A stretch of DNA of 53,008 bases, filler included, from Sphacelaria rigidula (taxonomy: Eukaryota): assembly GCA_964200075.2 (NCBI GenBank). It is 4 parts of 4 records of this genome, joined end to end, with 100 filler letters (N's around TTAATTAATTAA, not from the genome) between each part and the next. Parts side by side here need not be neighbours in the genome. Positions count along the whole stretch, not along the records: positions 13,279 to 26,455 come from CAXNAA020003089.1; positions 26,556 to 39,732 come from CAXNAA020003090.1; 2 more parts are not named here. The stretch is one strand, 5' to 3'. Of this stretch, positions 25,566-38,850 are shown piece by piece (position 1 is the first letter of the stretch; every line of letters starts with the position of its first letter). A program made the position numbers and the translations under genes. The notes below the pieces were generated by a model. That model saw only the letters and a program-made list of their open reading frames with translations. It made no database searches and had not been told where the DNA came from.

Positions 25566-26455
25566 CGCTGCGGAAGCTCGATTTGTTGCGTCATATCTCT
25601 GCGACGATCATCCGACACACTCGAAGCTCCGACCTCTTTCATCGTGCAATTCGCCCGCATCTAAGGAACACCTGGCACCCTGCGCGTAGCGCGCTAGAGC
25701 CGCCCGTTCTCATCCTCATCTCCGTGCGCGTACGCTAATATCCGTCAATACCCACGCCGCATCAGTGCTACTGCAGTCGACCCACCCGGGGTTAGGCTGT
25801 CGACAGCTTGCGTTGGCATAACGAGTGTATTTCGTAGGTGATGGAGTATGACCCTTCGCCCGCCTCCCCCCCCCCCCGATGCTTAGCTCTTAAGCCTTTT
25901 ACTTATTTCCCTCACGATCATGCGGCGGTGCTTCTGTGTTGTTGCGGCGTTGTGTCGTTGGATGGAGATATCTATTTCGGGTTCAAAGAGGCCTATTTCG
26001 AGAATGCATTGTCGTCGACCGCGCCCCGGTGGTGTATCTGATACATGTTGAGAGATAGTTGACCCGGACAGGGTGGGGTGGCGATCCGACTTCCAGAAGA
26101 TTCAATACCATGTGTGATCTGTTTTCAGGAGTATCTGATTCTGTCGTCGATGACGTGAGGACATCATTTTTTTTTCCTTTTTTTTACGAAAGTCGACGTG
26201 GTGTGGGAGTGTCGATCATCATCCAATTTGCGATATCATCAGGCATTCATGTGACCACGGCTGGATCCCTGGGGGGTCAGTTCAAGTGCGACAATCGATC
26301 AATCAGGCACGTCCCGCTTGAAAAATGGGGGTTGATTGATCCCTTGAGACGACGGATTCGTTCCATGGACGGGGGGGGGTGTACTCCATACGTCGGACGA
26401 GCCATCACTCGTCGAGACGAGTGCACTCGTGGATGTTCTTCGAAAACACAACGAG

Positions 26456-26555
26456 NNNNNNNNNNNNNNNNNNNNNNNNNNNNNNNNNNNNNNNNNNNNT
26501 TAATTAATTAANNNNNNNNNNNNNNNNNNNNNNNNNNNNNNNNNNNNNNNNNNNN
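26456..26555. other. Artificial contig spacer
   Basis: N44-TTAATTAATTAA-N44. Confidence 0.97.
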
Positions 26556-28755
26556 GCCCAGAATGAGGTTTTCGGGAAATTGGGGGGGTGAACACCGTTT
26601 TCCAGTCTGTAGGGCCCCTTGCCTTGAACGTAAGCTACTAATATAGCATTTCCTTACTTGTGTGTGGAGTGACAGAAACCGCTACGCACTACGAGTACAA
26701 GCAACAGTGTTCTTGTGTAATCGCGTTTCGGATTCCAGTTTGAAAAATGCCCATTACTTTTGTACAATACTTGTGGCTGTTCTGCCAGCGGTTGAGAAAT
26801 ATTGATCACCAGCCTGTGTGCTGCGATAGGTATACGACGCTATAATTGAGCCGGAGTTCTCAGAGGAGGGAGCCATGGATATGGCCTGATAGGTCCAGTA
26901 TTTTTGACACTGCTTTTTCAGAGATTTCCGAAGCCCCGTGACTCTGGAACGATTGCGAGCGACACAGGCATCTCAGAAGTTCTGCATTCCAATTCGATTA
27001 TTTTCAAGCTCTCCAAAGAGAAGCTCCGGATAAAAATACCAAGCTACTTCGTTTTTGGAGAAGTCTGAACGCAAAGTACGAAAAAAATATTCATCTCTAG
27101 AAAAACAGTGTCGATTACAATGGGCCTTATTATTGGAGGCTTAAATGCCTGTGGTGTCATAATTCATCAAGCCTGCTGGACCCACCGTGTTTTTTTCCTT
27201 GTCGCACATTGTATTGTTTCCAGAAGGGTGGCAAAAAACTTCATGACAAACGAGAGGCAACACTGTCTATACGATTGTGTTTCAGATGTCAGAATGGAAA
27301 ATGACAGTTAGGTTCGTACCACTAAAACATGCTTTGTAATATACGGCGGTTAGGAAATTCGATATCCAGCACCAGTCTCGTGCTTTGTGATGGGTAGATT
27401 TCAGCCGGAGATATTGACAACGGTGGCCATACAGGTGTTCTACAATGTGTAGTAACAACAGTGCCCATGCCATCAGGTGCTTTATTGGGCCCATCATCTC
27501 GACCGTTTCTTGTATTTGCGGGAGTCGCCACACACAAGGAACTCGATCAGGCGCAAACATCATCCGCGCGAACCACAGCGCTGCGCGATGCGTGCTTATC
27601 TCTTGATAAACGCGGTGTGCATGCAGTGTTGCAGGAGCAGCTGACATAAAATCAAGTGTGCCCGAGGCGTTGCGCAGCGTTTCCCCCCGCCCCCCCGCCC
27701 CCCGCGCGCTATGGTACTATGGACAGCAGGAACTGCACTGAGCCCGTACGGGGACCTACAGTATTGTGTCTGCATGCACAGTTACATGGGAAGGCCCACA
27801 CGGGAATAAGGGACAGGGATCCGTTGTCATAATCTGCACAAAAGATCGCACTACGGTTGAAACAGCAGCTCAAACAGTATACTGTATACATATACTGCTG
27901 CACCATTACTTCAAACGTTCAGCTGCATGGTACTGCTGTCAACATACTTCACGTCTAGATCATGTGTTAACGAGAATAGTCCACCAGGGGCAAGCCGCTG
28001 AACGCACATACAGTGAGCACAGTATGGGAGCAATGTTCTCCGGTGCGCCGTCGTGTTCATGGGTTATCTATCTTACTATTGCACTCGCTGCCCGCAGAAA
28101 CCTCATGTGAACGACCGCAAAGTTCATGGGTAAGCTGACGCATTTCGCCCAGGGGTGTGTGTGAAAAGGTGTGCTGAATGAAGCCTTCCCCTGGGTTTCT
28201 AGACGAACTCATCTTGCTTGGTAGAACTGCACGACTTTGTGCACCAAGATTCGGCAAAAGACGGAAAACTGCCGTTCTAATTAGGAGCACTCAAAACCCC
28301 ACTCCGAAGCCCGCGAGAAACTGAACTCAACACAAATTCCATCTGCCCTGGCCCGTCCAGTTTGTTCCAGCCGAGCATCTTGCACACCACCTTCCACTTT
28401 CCTTGGGGTGGATGAACCGATAGGTGTTTAGGCTGTATGACAGCTGAATTTTGAGGTTTCACTTGAAGGAAGTGTTACCGGACCTGGTTTGCGAACAAGT
28501 CAACCAGGCATCACGTAGTAGATCATCACAGTGCCTGCAGTAACCCTCCTTGACAGTCTCCCTTTTACGCGGCACTTCCCCGTGGGCAATGCGGGGTGGG
28601 AGGAGAGTACAGTGTGGGCACGGTAGGGACCCAGCAGGCTGGCTGGCTACAAGTATGATATTACTGTATTTTATCATACATGCACCTGAAAAGAGCATAC
28701 GCCCAGAATAACTTACACTTGTTATCGTTTCGCGATTGGCATTCCATAATCTCAC

Positions 28756-28906
28756 CCTTGAAATACTCCACGCGCTTATCCATCTCGATGGCCGGCCTCA
28801 AGGGCATCCCGTTCCTACCCCTCAAGAACGAAGCCACCTCCTTCAGCCCCTCCTCCGTCTCGTACTTCGACACCCCCCCAGCATCCGACGTCCCATTAGT
28901 CGCCAT
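28756..28906 (-). CDS. SEC62: Translocation protein Sec62, first exon only
   Basis: MATNG...GLKEVASFLRGRNGMPLRPAIEMDKRVEYFK-G matches the Sec62 N-terminal 'RV(E/D)YF(K/R)G' motif. ATG preceded by AAAA; donor G|GTGAGA, phase 1. Later exons not found in the contig. Confidence 0.8.
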
Positions 28907-29584
28907 TTTTATGCACTGCTTTGCTGAAAGCCGCAGATTCCCCTGTGCGTAGTGACCTTTCTTGTCGGCAGCGTTTCGTAGTACACGCTGAAATGCTTAT
29001 CGCCCCACGCACTGCCGGTGTTAGAGATCTCTTCCTTTCTTCGTGCAACGCAACTCTCCGGTCTTGCCTGTGCGAAGCAAGGGATGTGGAGGGGCCTCCC
29101 AGACGTCCGCGCACACTGGTCTCGAGCACACAACAAGCTTGGTCCCCTAACATTGTGCATTAGTCATAACGCAATATTTCTTCCAAGAGGTGTAGCTTTA
29201 TTTTCAGACCCGTAGCCTCAAGCTAGAAGACGTCAAGGACAGAATAATACTGCAGCAGCACAGGAATAAGACTCGTCACATGGAGGATCAAATGGGTCCG
29301 CTAATTCTAGATTCTGGATTTCCTTATGTCAGAAAGAAAATATTATACGCAGTAGAAAAACACGCCCTCCAGGCAAGCTTCAGGTGAAAGAGACGGGAGG
29401 ATGCATTTAGAGCATGGCTATTATTTCGCGTAGCAAACACCACAGCCCAGCTTCGCCCAAGCGAGGGTGGCGATCTATTCCTTTCGTATAAACCTCACGA
29501 GAGCGAAGGCCGCCTACTGTCTGCTGGGCAGTTAGAGGTGCGCATTTAGCCTGATAAGTAGTGCGGCAAATGTTCTACAAATAA

Positions 29585-29702
29585 ATGGCTCCTTCTACCC
29601 AGACTGTAGCTTTACTGGCCGCAGTACCTGCATTGCTCGCTGTCGCCCTACTGGGCTTTCATGTAGGGAGGCTGTCGGCGCAGGCGCAGCGACGGAAAGA
29701 AG
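29585..29702 (+). CDS. Probable first exon of an unknown protein with an N-terminal signal anchor or TM helix
   Basis: AAATGG start; MAPSTQTVALLAAVPALLAVALLGFHVGRLSAQAQRRKE; consensus donor AG|GTAAGT. Too short to appear in the ORF track. Confidence 0.6.
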
Positions 29703-31329
29703 GTAAGTAGGCCTTCTTGTGCTTATTGATGGGCGTTGGGCCATTGATGAAGTAAATATGCACGGCACTTGCCACTTGTGCATGGTCACCTCAATGACGG
29801 TGCATTGTTGTGGACAGCGGTTGGTAAGAAGCAACGCAGAACGGCCGCTCCTGCCTGCTGTGGGCGCTTACCGTACCGCACTACTTGGACTGTTCTACTG
29901 TTGGCAATGGGCGTTTATCCGTACGGTATACTGCAATGTACCCAACTCCTCTTGTGTACTTCATACAACGACAGCACAGCAGCAGTACGGTAGTACTGGT
30001 GAGTTGTAGCATATGATGAAGCATCGACAGCGTCGACGTCTGGAGTTTGCGTATGTGGCCTTTAATCGCTAGAGTAGATCGTATCAATTGTACCCAGTCT
30101 TCAGGCGAAAATGATGCCGATTCTTCAGATGGAGGATGGCGGCCACGGGGTGAGGGTGACCGGTGCCACTGACTTGTAGCTCGGGGTTCAGTCCCCGTCG
30201 CGTCTTGGCAAAGCGCGGTCTACTGCATGTACTGCTGTGCACCTCTGCACTGCAAAAGCCGGTACTACCGTTGTGCTTCCTCTTCGTTCTCAAGTTCTGG
30301 GTACTACAGCAGCATCGATATACGTCGTTCGTACCATGGCCCATCGCTGGCCCGTTTCAACCATGACACGTCGCCACAGCCCAACTCCAATCATGTCGTG
30401 TGCGTGGTATCCGTAAGCGTGTGCTGGCTGTACATGAAATAGATTATTGCGAGTGGAGCACCGTACAGTACAAAATTGAGGTACGCAGCATTTCTGCATT
30501 TGTGTCGGCGCCAACATCACAGTGTAGTGTCTGACCAGAACCTCAACCGTTCCTTACAGCACCGCACACTACAGTTCATGTTTTGAGTAGCCGTTCAGGA
30601 TCCTGGATGCAGGGTTGAGACCACGCACACGGCTGTTCAGATGTTCACCCTCCAATTCCTCCTCTTTGATCTCGCTGTCCTGTCGGCATTGGGATGCAAT
30701 GAGGCCTCGCGCCGTATCGGCAGGAACGCTCTTTGTGTCCCGTCCCCTTTCTTGACATCGCCACTTCGGCAAGAAACCCGAAACACGTGTGACTACGCCA
30801 TCATAAAATATTTCCTCGAGAGTTTTCCGTCAACATTTTGGTGCTGAATCTCGTCATTTTCCCCCCTCTTTTTCCCGTGCGGGTGTGACATGGACCACAA
30901 CAGACAGAGATGTACGCGGTGAGCGCCGCACTGGGGGTATGCAGCATCATAAACCCCTACGCCAAATGATCTACAACACCACCGGGCGCGGTTTTGGAGT
31001 GGTGAAGCGGGTTTACGTTGTTCCAGGCAAGTCCAACCATTGTACGACCGTGCTCATGACAGTGCACGCCTCGGGTAGACCACAGACCACAGCTAAGCGC
31101 CCAGCTATACTGTACCACGCCAGGAAGGGGTGGCGCTATGGGTATTCCATGACCCAGGCATCTTCTTACCGGGTACGTCTCCTTGACGCCCGCCTTGTTC
31201 ACTGTTATGCCCGTGAATGGGGGGCCTTACCGACCAAAAATCCGTTATCAATAAATATATTTTTTAAACGCGGAGGGATAATGAAGACGTCATAGACTGG
31301 TCCGACCTGTGCCGAACCTCTGACGAATC

Positions 31330-31800
31330 TCTGCCAAACAGAACACACGCTCCATCCCAAGTTGCCTAGGTTTAGTATTGATACACCTGGTATGCTTGGT
31401 TGTATGGCTGTCCCTCGAGAGGCCGCAAGATGGAATGTTGCGATTCTTAGTTCTTTAGTTCTTTGGTTGGCGGTATTTGGGGCCTTGAGTCTCGCCCGTA
31501 GTCGAACCCTGTGTTCATTTCTACTTGTCGCGCGTCGAGTTGGAAAACCGAGTGTCACCCCCTGAAGTCCGAATGGCCACCTGCGGCACCGGATCTTCTG
31601 AGGTTAGCCATATGTACTCCCTTTTTTATTTATTGTTTATTCCTGTTTTGCTTGTATCGCGTTTTGTGAGCTTCAATCTGGGTCTATTTTGTTTTTTTTG
31701 CTAGCCTGTGACCACGGAAGGCGTCCGCATCAGATGCCCAGTACGAATGTACCGCGCAGATGTCGGAACGGTTTTTAATGTGGAGACAACAACATCAAGA
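31330..31800 (+). mobile_element. Probable LINE/SINE 3' UTR remnant
   Basis: T-rich tract followed by CTGTGACCACGG (shared with the other non-LTR 3' ends) and a CAA-rich tail. Confidence 0.35.
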
Positions 31801-32165
31801 GTATGGGACAGCTCTAATTTTTCATCGCCTTCTCGTTACAGAAAATGAACCGACATGTGGCACTTCATACACACACCCGCACACACACTAGACCTAGGGA
31901 ACTATAGAGCAGATTTGCCCAACTCGCCACAGCGGACCCGAAAAGCCCCAAATCGTCGAAGGAAATGCGTTTTCAACCCTTTAAGCACCGGGCCTCCAGA
32001 ACGACCAACGAGGCTGGTCAGGAATGACGTGTCTGGCGTCTGCACGAAACAGTGGCTTCATGTTGCTGAAAATCCACGTACAGTATGTAACCGCAGGATT
32101 AGGAGGAAGACCGAAAGTTCCACCCAATCTATTTTCAGGTGCAGTCACAAAGTATAATTCGGGCG

Positions 32166-32624
32166 TGTTAGGGTAGAAGTCTTCGCTCTATTCCCGAATA
32201 TAGGTTCAACTGTTTTTATGAAGGTCAGCCGTGTTGTTCAAACACAATCCAAGAGAGATGCGGGCACTGATATGCCGAGATGCGAAATTAGGATTTTTGA
32301 TTCTTCTTTTGAGTATGTTACTGGTGACGCCCCGATATCGTTGCACTATAATGCCACAAAAAGTAACTAAAACCAGTCTTCAAACCAGAAACTGAGGACC
32401 GTCAAAAACGAGAGAGTGACTCGCGGGGTTGAAGATAGAAAACCTTCGGTCTCCACCTCTGTGTCCCTCCATCTCTTCAATTGTACTTGCCCACCTAACC
32501 TATGATGTTAACTCTAAAATAACCCACTCTTCAGTCGTCAAACACACCCAACAACTGGTTTATGCTGCACGAAGTCCAAAACATGATTGAAAGACGCTAT
32601 ATTTCGTGAATCTACCCTCTAACA
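32166..32624 (-). repeat. 3' LTR (459 bp) of the Gypsy element
   Basis: TGTTAGGGTAGA...TCTACCCTCTAACA terminal inverted repeat. Adjacent TACCCCTTCT is a polypurine tract on the minus strand. The first 78 bp are duplicated at 34913-34990. Confidence 0.85.
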
Positions 32625-32927
32625 TACCCCTTCTGCTCTGACCTTCCGATCCGGGATGCAATTTTTTGCTTACTTTTACTACTTCAACATAGAATACGTC
32701 AGCGTGCTTATGGGTCGTAGCCAGAATAATGCCCGTTGAGCCTTCAAACAGAGGAAAACACTCCAACTAAGGTAAGAAAATTAGTCTAGCCATTTCATCG
32801 TTCTCCTGACGCAGCTTCATCTCCTCGTCGCCGTGTACTGATGCCAAACCCACCCCCAATTATCTAGAATATTTTGATGTCCGTCTTCAATTCCGATGAT
32901 AGTCGATGGTCTCCTCCAGCGTTCCAG

Positions 32928-34912
32928 CTACAGCGTATGTGCAAAGAGTTTTGAAGTCCCGCGCTGCACATGAACATGCAAGCACCAATCCCCCACTTGA
33001 TTCCGAGATGTGTTCAAATTTTCCTCCAAAAGATGAACATTATACCCCCGTACGAGGTCCAACATCCTTAGAGTGTGCGGTCGTCTTTGCAAAACCGCAT
33101 CCTCCTGAAGACCCATCACCTGTGCCAATCGCCACCCCCTCGTCTACGTCAAATAGTAAATGTAACAGCCGACAAGGTGCGGGTCATAGATGTGAGGACC
33201 AGCGGTGACATTGCTCCTTAGTTCATAGCCTTGAGCCACAAAGATTTCACCTCTTTACCGAGCCTCCGCTCGTCTTGCCAAATTTATGCAGTATTTTCGG
33301 TATTTCGAGTTGTCTGGCTTCTCCATTCTGGGATTTCTCATCCGGTACGTCGAAATTACCCGTCCATATTGTTTTATGTCCTCCCCATGTTCCCACCTGG
33401 GCCTCTCCAAATTATCCCAATATAGTAGATACTGAACTGAGAGTTTTCCTCCCAAACCACGAGATACACGGTGATTCACAATTTTCGTAGGATTCAGCCT
33501 ATACGTGTCCAGCTGTATCGACACATCTTCCTCGGTTAGATGTAACGGAGGTGATAATTCCGAATATTGATTCAACACATACTGACTTGAACCCCAGAGT
33601 AGAGACTTCAGCGGCTCCGGTTCATCTTGTGGATTGAAGCACCGCGTACATCTCAGCACAGAAACTCGGGGACTCATGATTGCTCCTGGCTCATTTTTCC
33701 GGAGTTCAAGCAACAGTAGTTTTTCTCCCACTAGCGCACCCTTTTCCGAAATACCTGGTCCCACCACCAAGGTTTTATACGGCCCTCGCCAAGAATGCGA
33801 CAGTTTCGACGATAAGGCTGTTTTTTCCCCTTCGCGTACCGCAGTTCCCCCTGACGTGATAGTACCCTTGGTGTCATACACGATAACCCAGTTGCCTACC
33901 TCCCACTTTGGCTTTCGATTTAGAAGTTCTTCCACCTGCTCATTATTTGCCTCGTGTTTGAATTTTATCAGGAAGTCCTCTTGTCTCACAAGATCGTATG
34001 CTTTGGTTTGACGATTCTTCATCAACTGCAAATATTCGAGTTGGTCCGCCTTCAGTCCTTGATGTCCTACCACCCCTCTTCTTTTTAGGATGGTCATGGG
34101 TAACCTTGGATATCTCCCGATGACACTTTCTACGATAACCCCCCAAAAAAAACTGCATGGTTTTGGGAGGCAAAAATCTCCACGTAGATCGAAATGGGAA
34201 AAGTCGAGCACAAGGAGCAGCTGGGAATTCCCACACTTGGGTTCGTTCTAGCCAATGTCGCCAATACGAGGCGCTTCATGCAGCCTGAACCCATACATTA
34301 GACGCTGTATGGCCATTTTTTTCGTGACACTTTTGGGCTGGTTTTGGGGGGGAGGGGTATCGTAGAAAGTGTCCGATATGCACCTCGTTCGGCGCTAACC
34401 CTATTCCTCTACTTACATTTTTGTTATGTGCAGAAATTGCGTGTAACATTAGCTTGTCCCAGTCTTGCTGGTCATCTGCCACTAGGTACGACAACATCTG
34501 ACATAGCGTGTGGCTCAGTCGCTCTACCATCCCTTTAGTTTGTGGAGGATGCGCGCTCGTGTATCGTTTCACGGCTCCCAACATCTCATAGACTATCCTT
34601 GCCACTTTTGCTGTAAATTCCGTTCCCCAATCCGACAATAACGTGTGAGGACATCCCCATCTCGGGATATAATCGTGCGCTAAAATATTCGCACAACCTT
34701 TCGCTGTTTTCTCTTCTTTGGTGAGAGCATACGCTTCCGCATGTCTACTAAATAGATCCACCATCAAAAGAATGTATGTATTCCCCTTCGTTGATTTCGG
34801 TAACGGGCCCAACAAATCATACGAAACCATTTGCCCTGGGTGACTCGGCAGTGGTAAGGTAATAAGTGGCCACCTTACTGTATCTCTTGGATTTTTCCGA
34901 GCTTGACATGTA
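32928..34912 (-). pseudogene. Ty3/Gypsy integrase with chromodomain (chromovirus-like), frameshifted
   Basis: TCQARK (end of the HHCC finger), SYDLLGPLP, VDLFSR, LLSDWGTEF, HPPQTKGMVER, a GPY-like WRGPYK, and chromodomain KIVNHR...QYLLYWDNLERPRWE (~33345-33500). Confidence 0.92.
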
Positions 34913-34990
34913 TGTTAGGGTGGAAGTCTTCACTCTATTCCCAAATATAGATTCAACTGTTTTTATGAAGGTCAGCCGTCTTGTTCAAAC
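34913..34990 (-). repeat. Truncated second LTR copy
   Basis: Near-identical to 32166-32243. Cut on the right by the hAT element. Confidence 0.85.
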
Positions 34991-36512
34991 CAGGGCTCTT
35001 TACGTTACACGTTACACGTCACAAACGTACTTCACAAGGGTGTGCCGTAACGTAACGTACCACTGAAAAAATATGACGTGACGTAACGTTCAATTTTTTA
35101 ATACGTCACAAATGTGACGTGGCGTGACGTATTTTTCTCTATACGTCGTAGTAACGTATTTTTGGAACGTTTCCCGTAACGTGTAACGTATTATACGTTA
35201 CACGTTACACGTTAAAAAATACGTTCCACATCACATTATTACACGTTTGTGACATCTGCATGAACGTCACGACCGTCACACGCTCAACTTGTACCACAAT
35301 TAGTGTGAGATTGTAGCATATGTGATACTTGCATGATATGATACATGGGTTCAAGAAGACTGTGCATACGTCATAATAATACGGACCGATGTAAGCGCAA
35401 GTTCAACGCCACGGCAGCATGCACCGCCACACCACACCCAACCGTAGTATGCATTATTTTGAGTTGTCGTGTGCCGTTTTACTTATTGGTGTTACTAGTA
35501 TCAAAATATGGAATACGAAGTAATCAGAGACCTTGTGCCTTCGAAGAGGTGCGAAGGGTGACACCCACGAGCTTGTGACCTCGTGGACAAATTCGGTGGC
35601 TCCACTGCTGTTCTGTAGTTTTGTTCTTCTTTTCGTTGATTTTGCTTTGTTTTCTTAAGTTGGGGTTGTTTTGATTTCTGTTTTTCAGCCGTTCGTCTCT
35701 GTTCGAACGCTTGTGTGTAAGTTGTTGTCTCTATTCTTGGCACAATGAGTCATGATGTGTTTCTACCTTCATGATGTCCGCCCTGCGAACGCGACTGGAT
35801 TCGTACAGGATCATCAGTTCATGTGTATTTTATATATAGAGAGAATATAGATCTTCTGCATACACGCCCTGCTGAGAGAGCAAATAATTAAAACAGTACA
35901 GACTCGGATTGTTTTGTGTTGGATGTCCTACAAAATACCAACCCACTACCAGGTATCACTAATGTATGATCTGTACATACTTGCGTTTGTATGTGTACAC
36001 CATGGCCTGCGCACATCTTGGTATCTCACTATCTGATTATCGTGCATCACTAACGTACTCATGTATTTCTTCGAAATTTCAATAACGGGTGAGTCAGGGA
36101 CGCATGAGCGATACACTAGCGAGCAAAACGCGCCTCATGCTCGAACAAGGCAGCCACCGTGAACCTCCGTACCAAGTTGCGGTACATGAAACCTCACAAC
36201 TCGTTCGTGGCGCTCATTTGCCCTCAACACGGTCGAAGCGTAACGTTTTATTTTACGTTACACGTCACAAACGTAACGTTTCAAAATACGTTACACGTCA
36301 CAAGCACATTATAATGCGACGTGTAACGTTTATTGTGATGTGTGGCGTATAAAATACGTTACACGTTACGTGAAACGCTTCAAAACACGTTACTGTGACG
36401 TAACGTAACGTAAAACCTTATAATACGTCACAAGTGTGACGTGACGTAACGTATAATTTTCCATACGTCACATTTGTGACGTAACGTGTAACGTGCAACG
36501 TAAAGAGCCCTG
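34991..36512. mobile_element. Non-autonomous hAT-like DNA transposon, ~1.5 kb
   Basis: TIRs CAGGGCTCTTTACGTT / AACGTAAAGAGCCCTG. ~280 bp of GTAAC/GTTAC/GTGAC subterminal repeats at each end. No matching 8-bp TSD. Confidence 0.85.
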
Positions 36513-36542
36513 GAAATAACCGACCGGAAGAAACGGCCTCAG

Positions 36543-36862
36543 TATTATTTTGATTATATTTATTATTATTTTTCTGTCGCACTTTGAACCTCTCTCCTTC
36601 CTCGGGATGAGTCCGTGGTCTCAAGGAAACAACCCATCTCTCCCCCGGTATACGCCTTGCATTTCGGTCTCCTGGATTGGGTCAGCACTCCCGCACCGCG
36701 TCAACTCAAGTTAAAAAAAAACTCAGTCGACGACTTTATTTACTCACGTTCTCACGCTTTCCACGGTGGAAATCAGACATTACGAAGAAAAAATTCAACG
36801 CATCGGGAATCGAACCCTCGTTTTCTCCACCCTGATGGCAAAAGTCGACCGAAGTCACCCTC
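36543..36862 (-). mobile_element. tRNA-derived SINE (family 2), second copy
   Basis: Reverse-complement match to 11450-11733. B-box GGTTCGATTCCC. Confidence 0.8.
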
Positions 36863-38741
36863 TCTTCCCGAACTCTCAACTTCACGAGCTCTCGCTCGGG
36901 CAGCAGGGGATCGTTAGGGGGGTAACCTCACCGCTGCGGCTCCATGCCTGTTGCTTGTGCAGGTGTCAGCTTGTGCTCGTCCTGCCCAGTTTGCCGTGGG
37001 GGGTAGAGGGAGATATCCCGCAAGCCTCAGGCACAAGATCAAAACATCACCCAACCACACTCACACGCGCCTGCCTACAGCAACAGGTACACGACCACCA
37101 ACCACGCCACGCCGATCAGCTGTTCGACGATAGCTGCATGTGTTGATCCCTTGACCGCATGCATGTTGTTGGCGTACTCACGGCCACTTCACTACAGTGC
37201 TCTGTTCAAAACATTTCTGTATTGACGGATGCCACGGCAGTGCCACTGGCCGCGGCCTTTGTGCGAGAATGATCTGATGCGCAACATATGCGGAGCAAAG
37301 GCGTTTGCTTTCATGTAGGCTTTGTTTTCCCACCAAACATAACACTTCCGAACCTCCGGCGAAAAACAAAACTAAATGTGGTCCACTGACGCGTGGGCGC
37401 TGAAAAGGTTAACTCGCTGGACGCCAGACCTATTTTCGAACCAGTGCCGCCGGCGGACCTCCTTCAATGCCGGTAACCGCTGGACGCTATGTAGGCGGAC
37501 CAGCTCCTACGCATATCTTTTCACAAGTACCGCCCCCCAGTGACAACACTTCGTGCCATTACGTGGTGTCCAAACCTCAATCTGCCTGTGTGTATGTTGT
37601 GGGAAAGCAAGAGCAAAAAACTTTTGTTTCACCGTGGCATTTGTGCTTAACATGTTTTTAGTCGTCCGCCGAGTGTACACCGGTGTTATCTAGTGTCTCG
37701 AAGATCTTTCAGTCTTCCGAAAGACGTGGTGGTTTCAAGCACGCCGAGCAATCTAGCCAAGGCTCCAACGAAGGAACCCTTGAATCTGAGTCTGAGTATA
37801 TCGTGGCGCTATAGTAGCCGAAACCGCACGGAGTACAAGATACTTTGTTGCCTCGTGCTGGCAGGCAGGGTACAGGTACCTCTGCTGTGTCACAGTAAAC
37901 GTGTATTTTGGCTTCTGCTGACCACAGGCTGCTTGCACCATGCGATGCCAGCCCTTTGCTAGGATGCTCGCTGCACTTGGTACTAGCGGCCATGCCATCA
38001 GCAGTCTGAAAGACTATTGTAGCGCATCGCATGTGAGCACCCCTGCCTTTTGCGACCTCGTGAGTATGAGCTGGGCCAGGGTGACAGCGATTGTTGAATG
38101 TTTTCGGGGTCCGGCGGTGCAATTTTTTTTCAAGGAGTCATCAGGCGCTGACATTGTCACGGGATATTTTCATCATAAACACGCGCAACATTTTTTTCGG
38201 GGTGCCAAGAAGAAGAAAAAAAGGCGAGCGATTTGAAATTTTCAGCAAAAACTGGAATGTAGATATAAATAACTCCGTAAAATAAGCGAAAAGCGCCGGC
38301 ATCCCCAGGAATGTTATACGTACTTGCATGGAGGAGATCCTCGGAAAGATTCGAGCGTTAGTTTACCACTTGGGAGGGTAAGAACTTTCTCGGAAGTTTA
38401 TGATTTCGAACAAACTATAACACTAAGACTAACCCTGACCCCAACGAAGGCATACCGAGAACCCTCGGGCAAGGGAGCGCAATGTGTTCTTCAGTCAGAG
38501 TATACGTTGTCAGACTTCAAATCGGCGCCCCAGGCGCCGATTTCGACAAAAACGCGTTCTGCGCACGCTGGGAGCACAGTTGGAGCACAGCCCCAACAAA
38601 GATCCGGATTTCAGTGTCCAGACTGAAATCAATTCAAACTGCAAATCAACCGTAGTACCCTCCCAAGTGGTGAGCTACACTGAAAATTTCGGCCAAAAAA
38701 TCCTGAAATTAGGCCCAGCCTGACATTTATTTGTGTGACAC

Positions 38742-38831
38742 CGCTGCACCCCTGTAATCCAAGTGATACAGGATACCCCAGTTTTGGAGGTCACGAGTTC
38801 GAATCCCGACATATCATTTTTTTTTTTTTTT
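38742..38831 (+). mobile_element. tRNA-like SINE head remnant followed by poly-T
   Basis: GAGTTCGAATCCC B-box, a weak upstream A-box and a T-run. Does not fold as a full tRNA. Confidence 0.4.
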
Positions 38832-38850
38832 GCAGAAACGAGTTCATCTA

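Noticed and set aside
25838..26041. ADK exon 4 (acceptor before VMEY...)
   Set aside because: The expected GFILDGFPR motif does not follow. Unsupported without RNA data.
16553..28906. Convergent or overlapping ADK and SEC62 genes
   Set aside because: They lie on different contigs separated by an artificial spacer.
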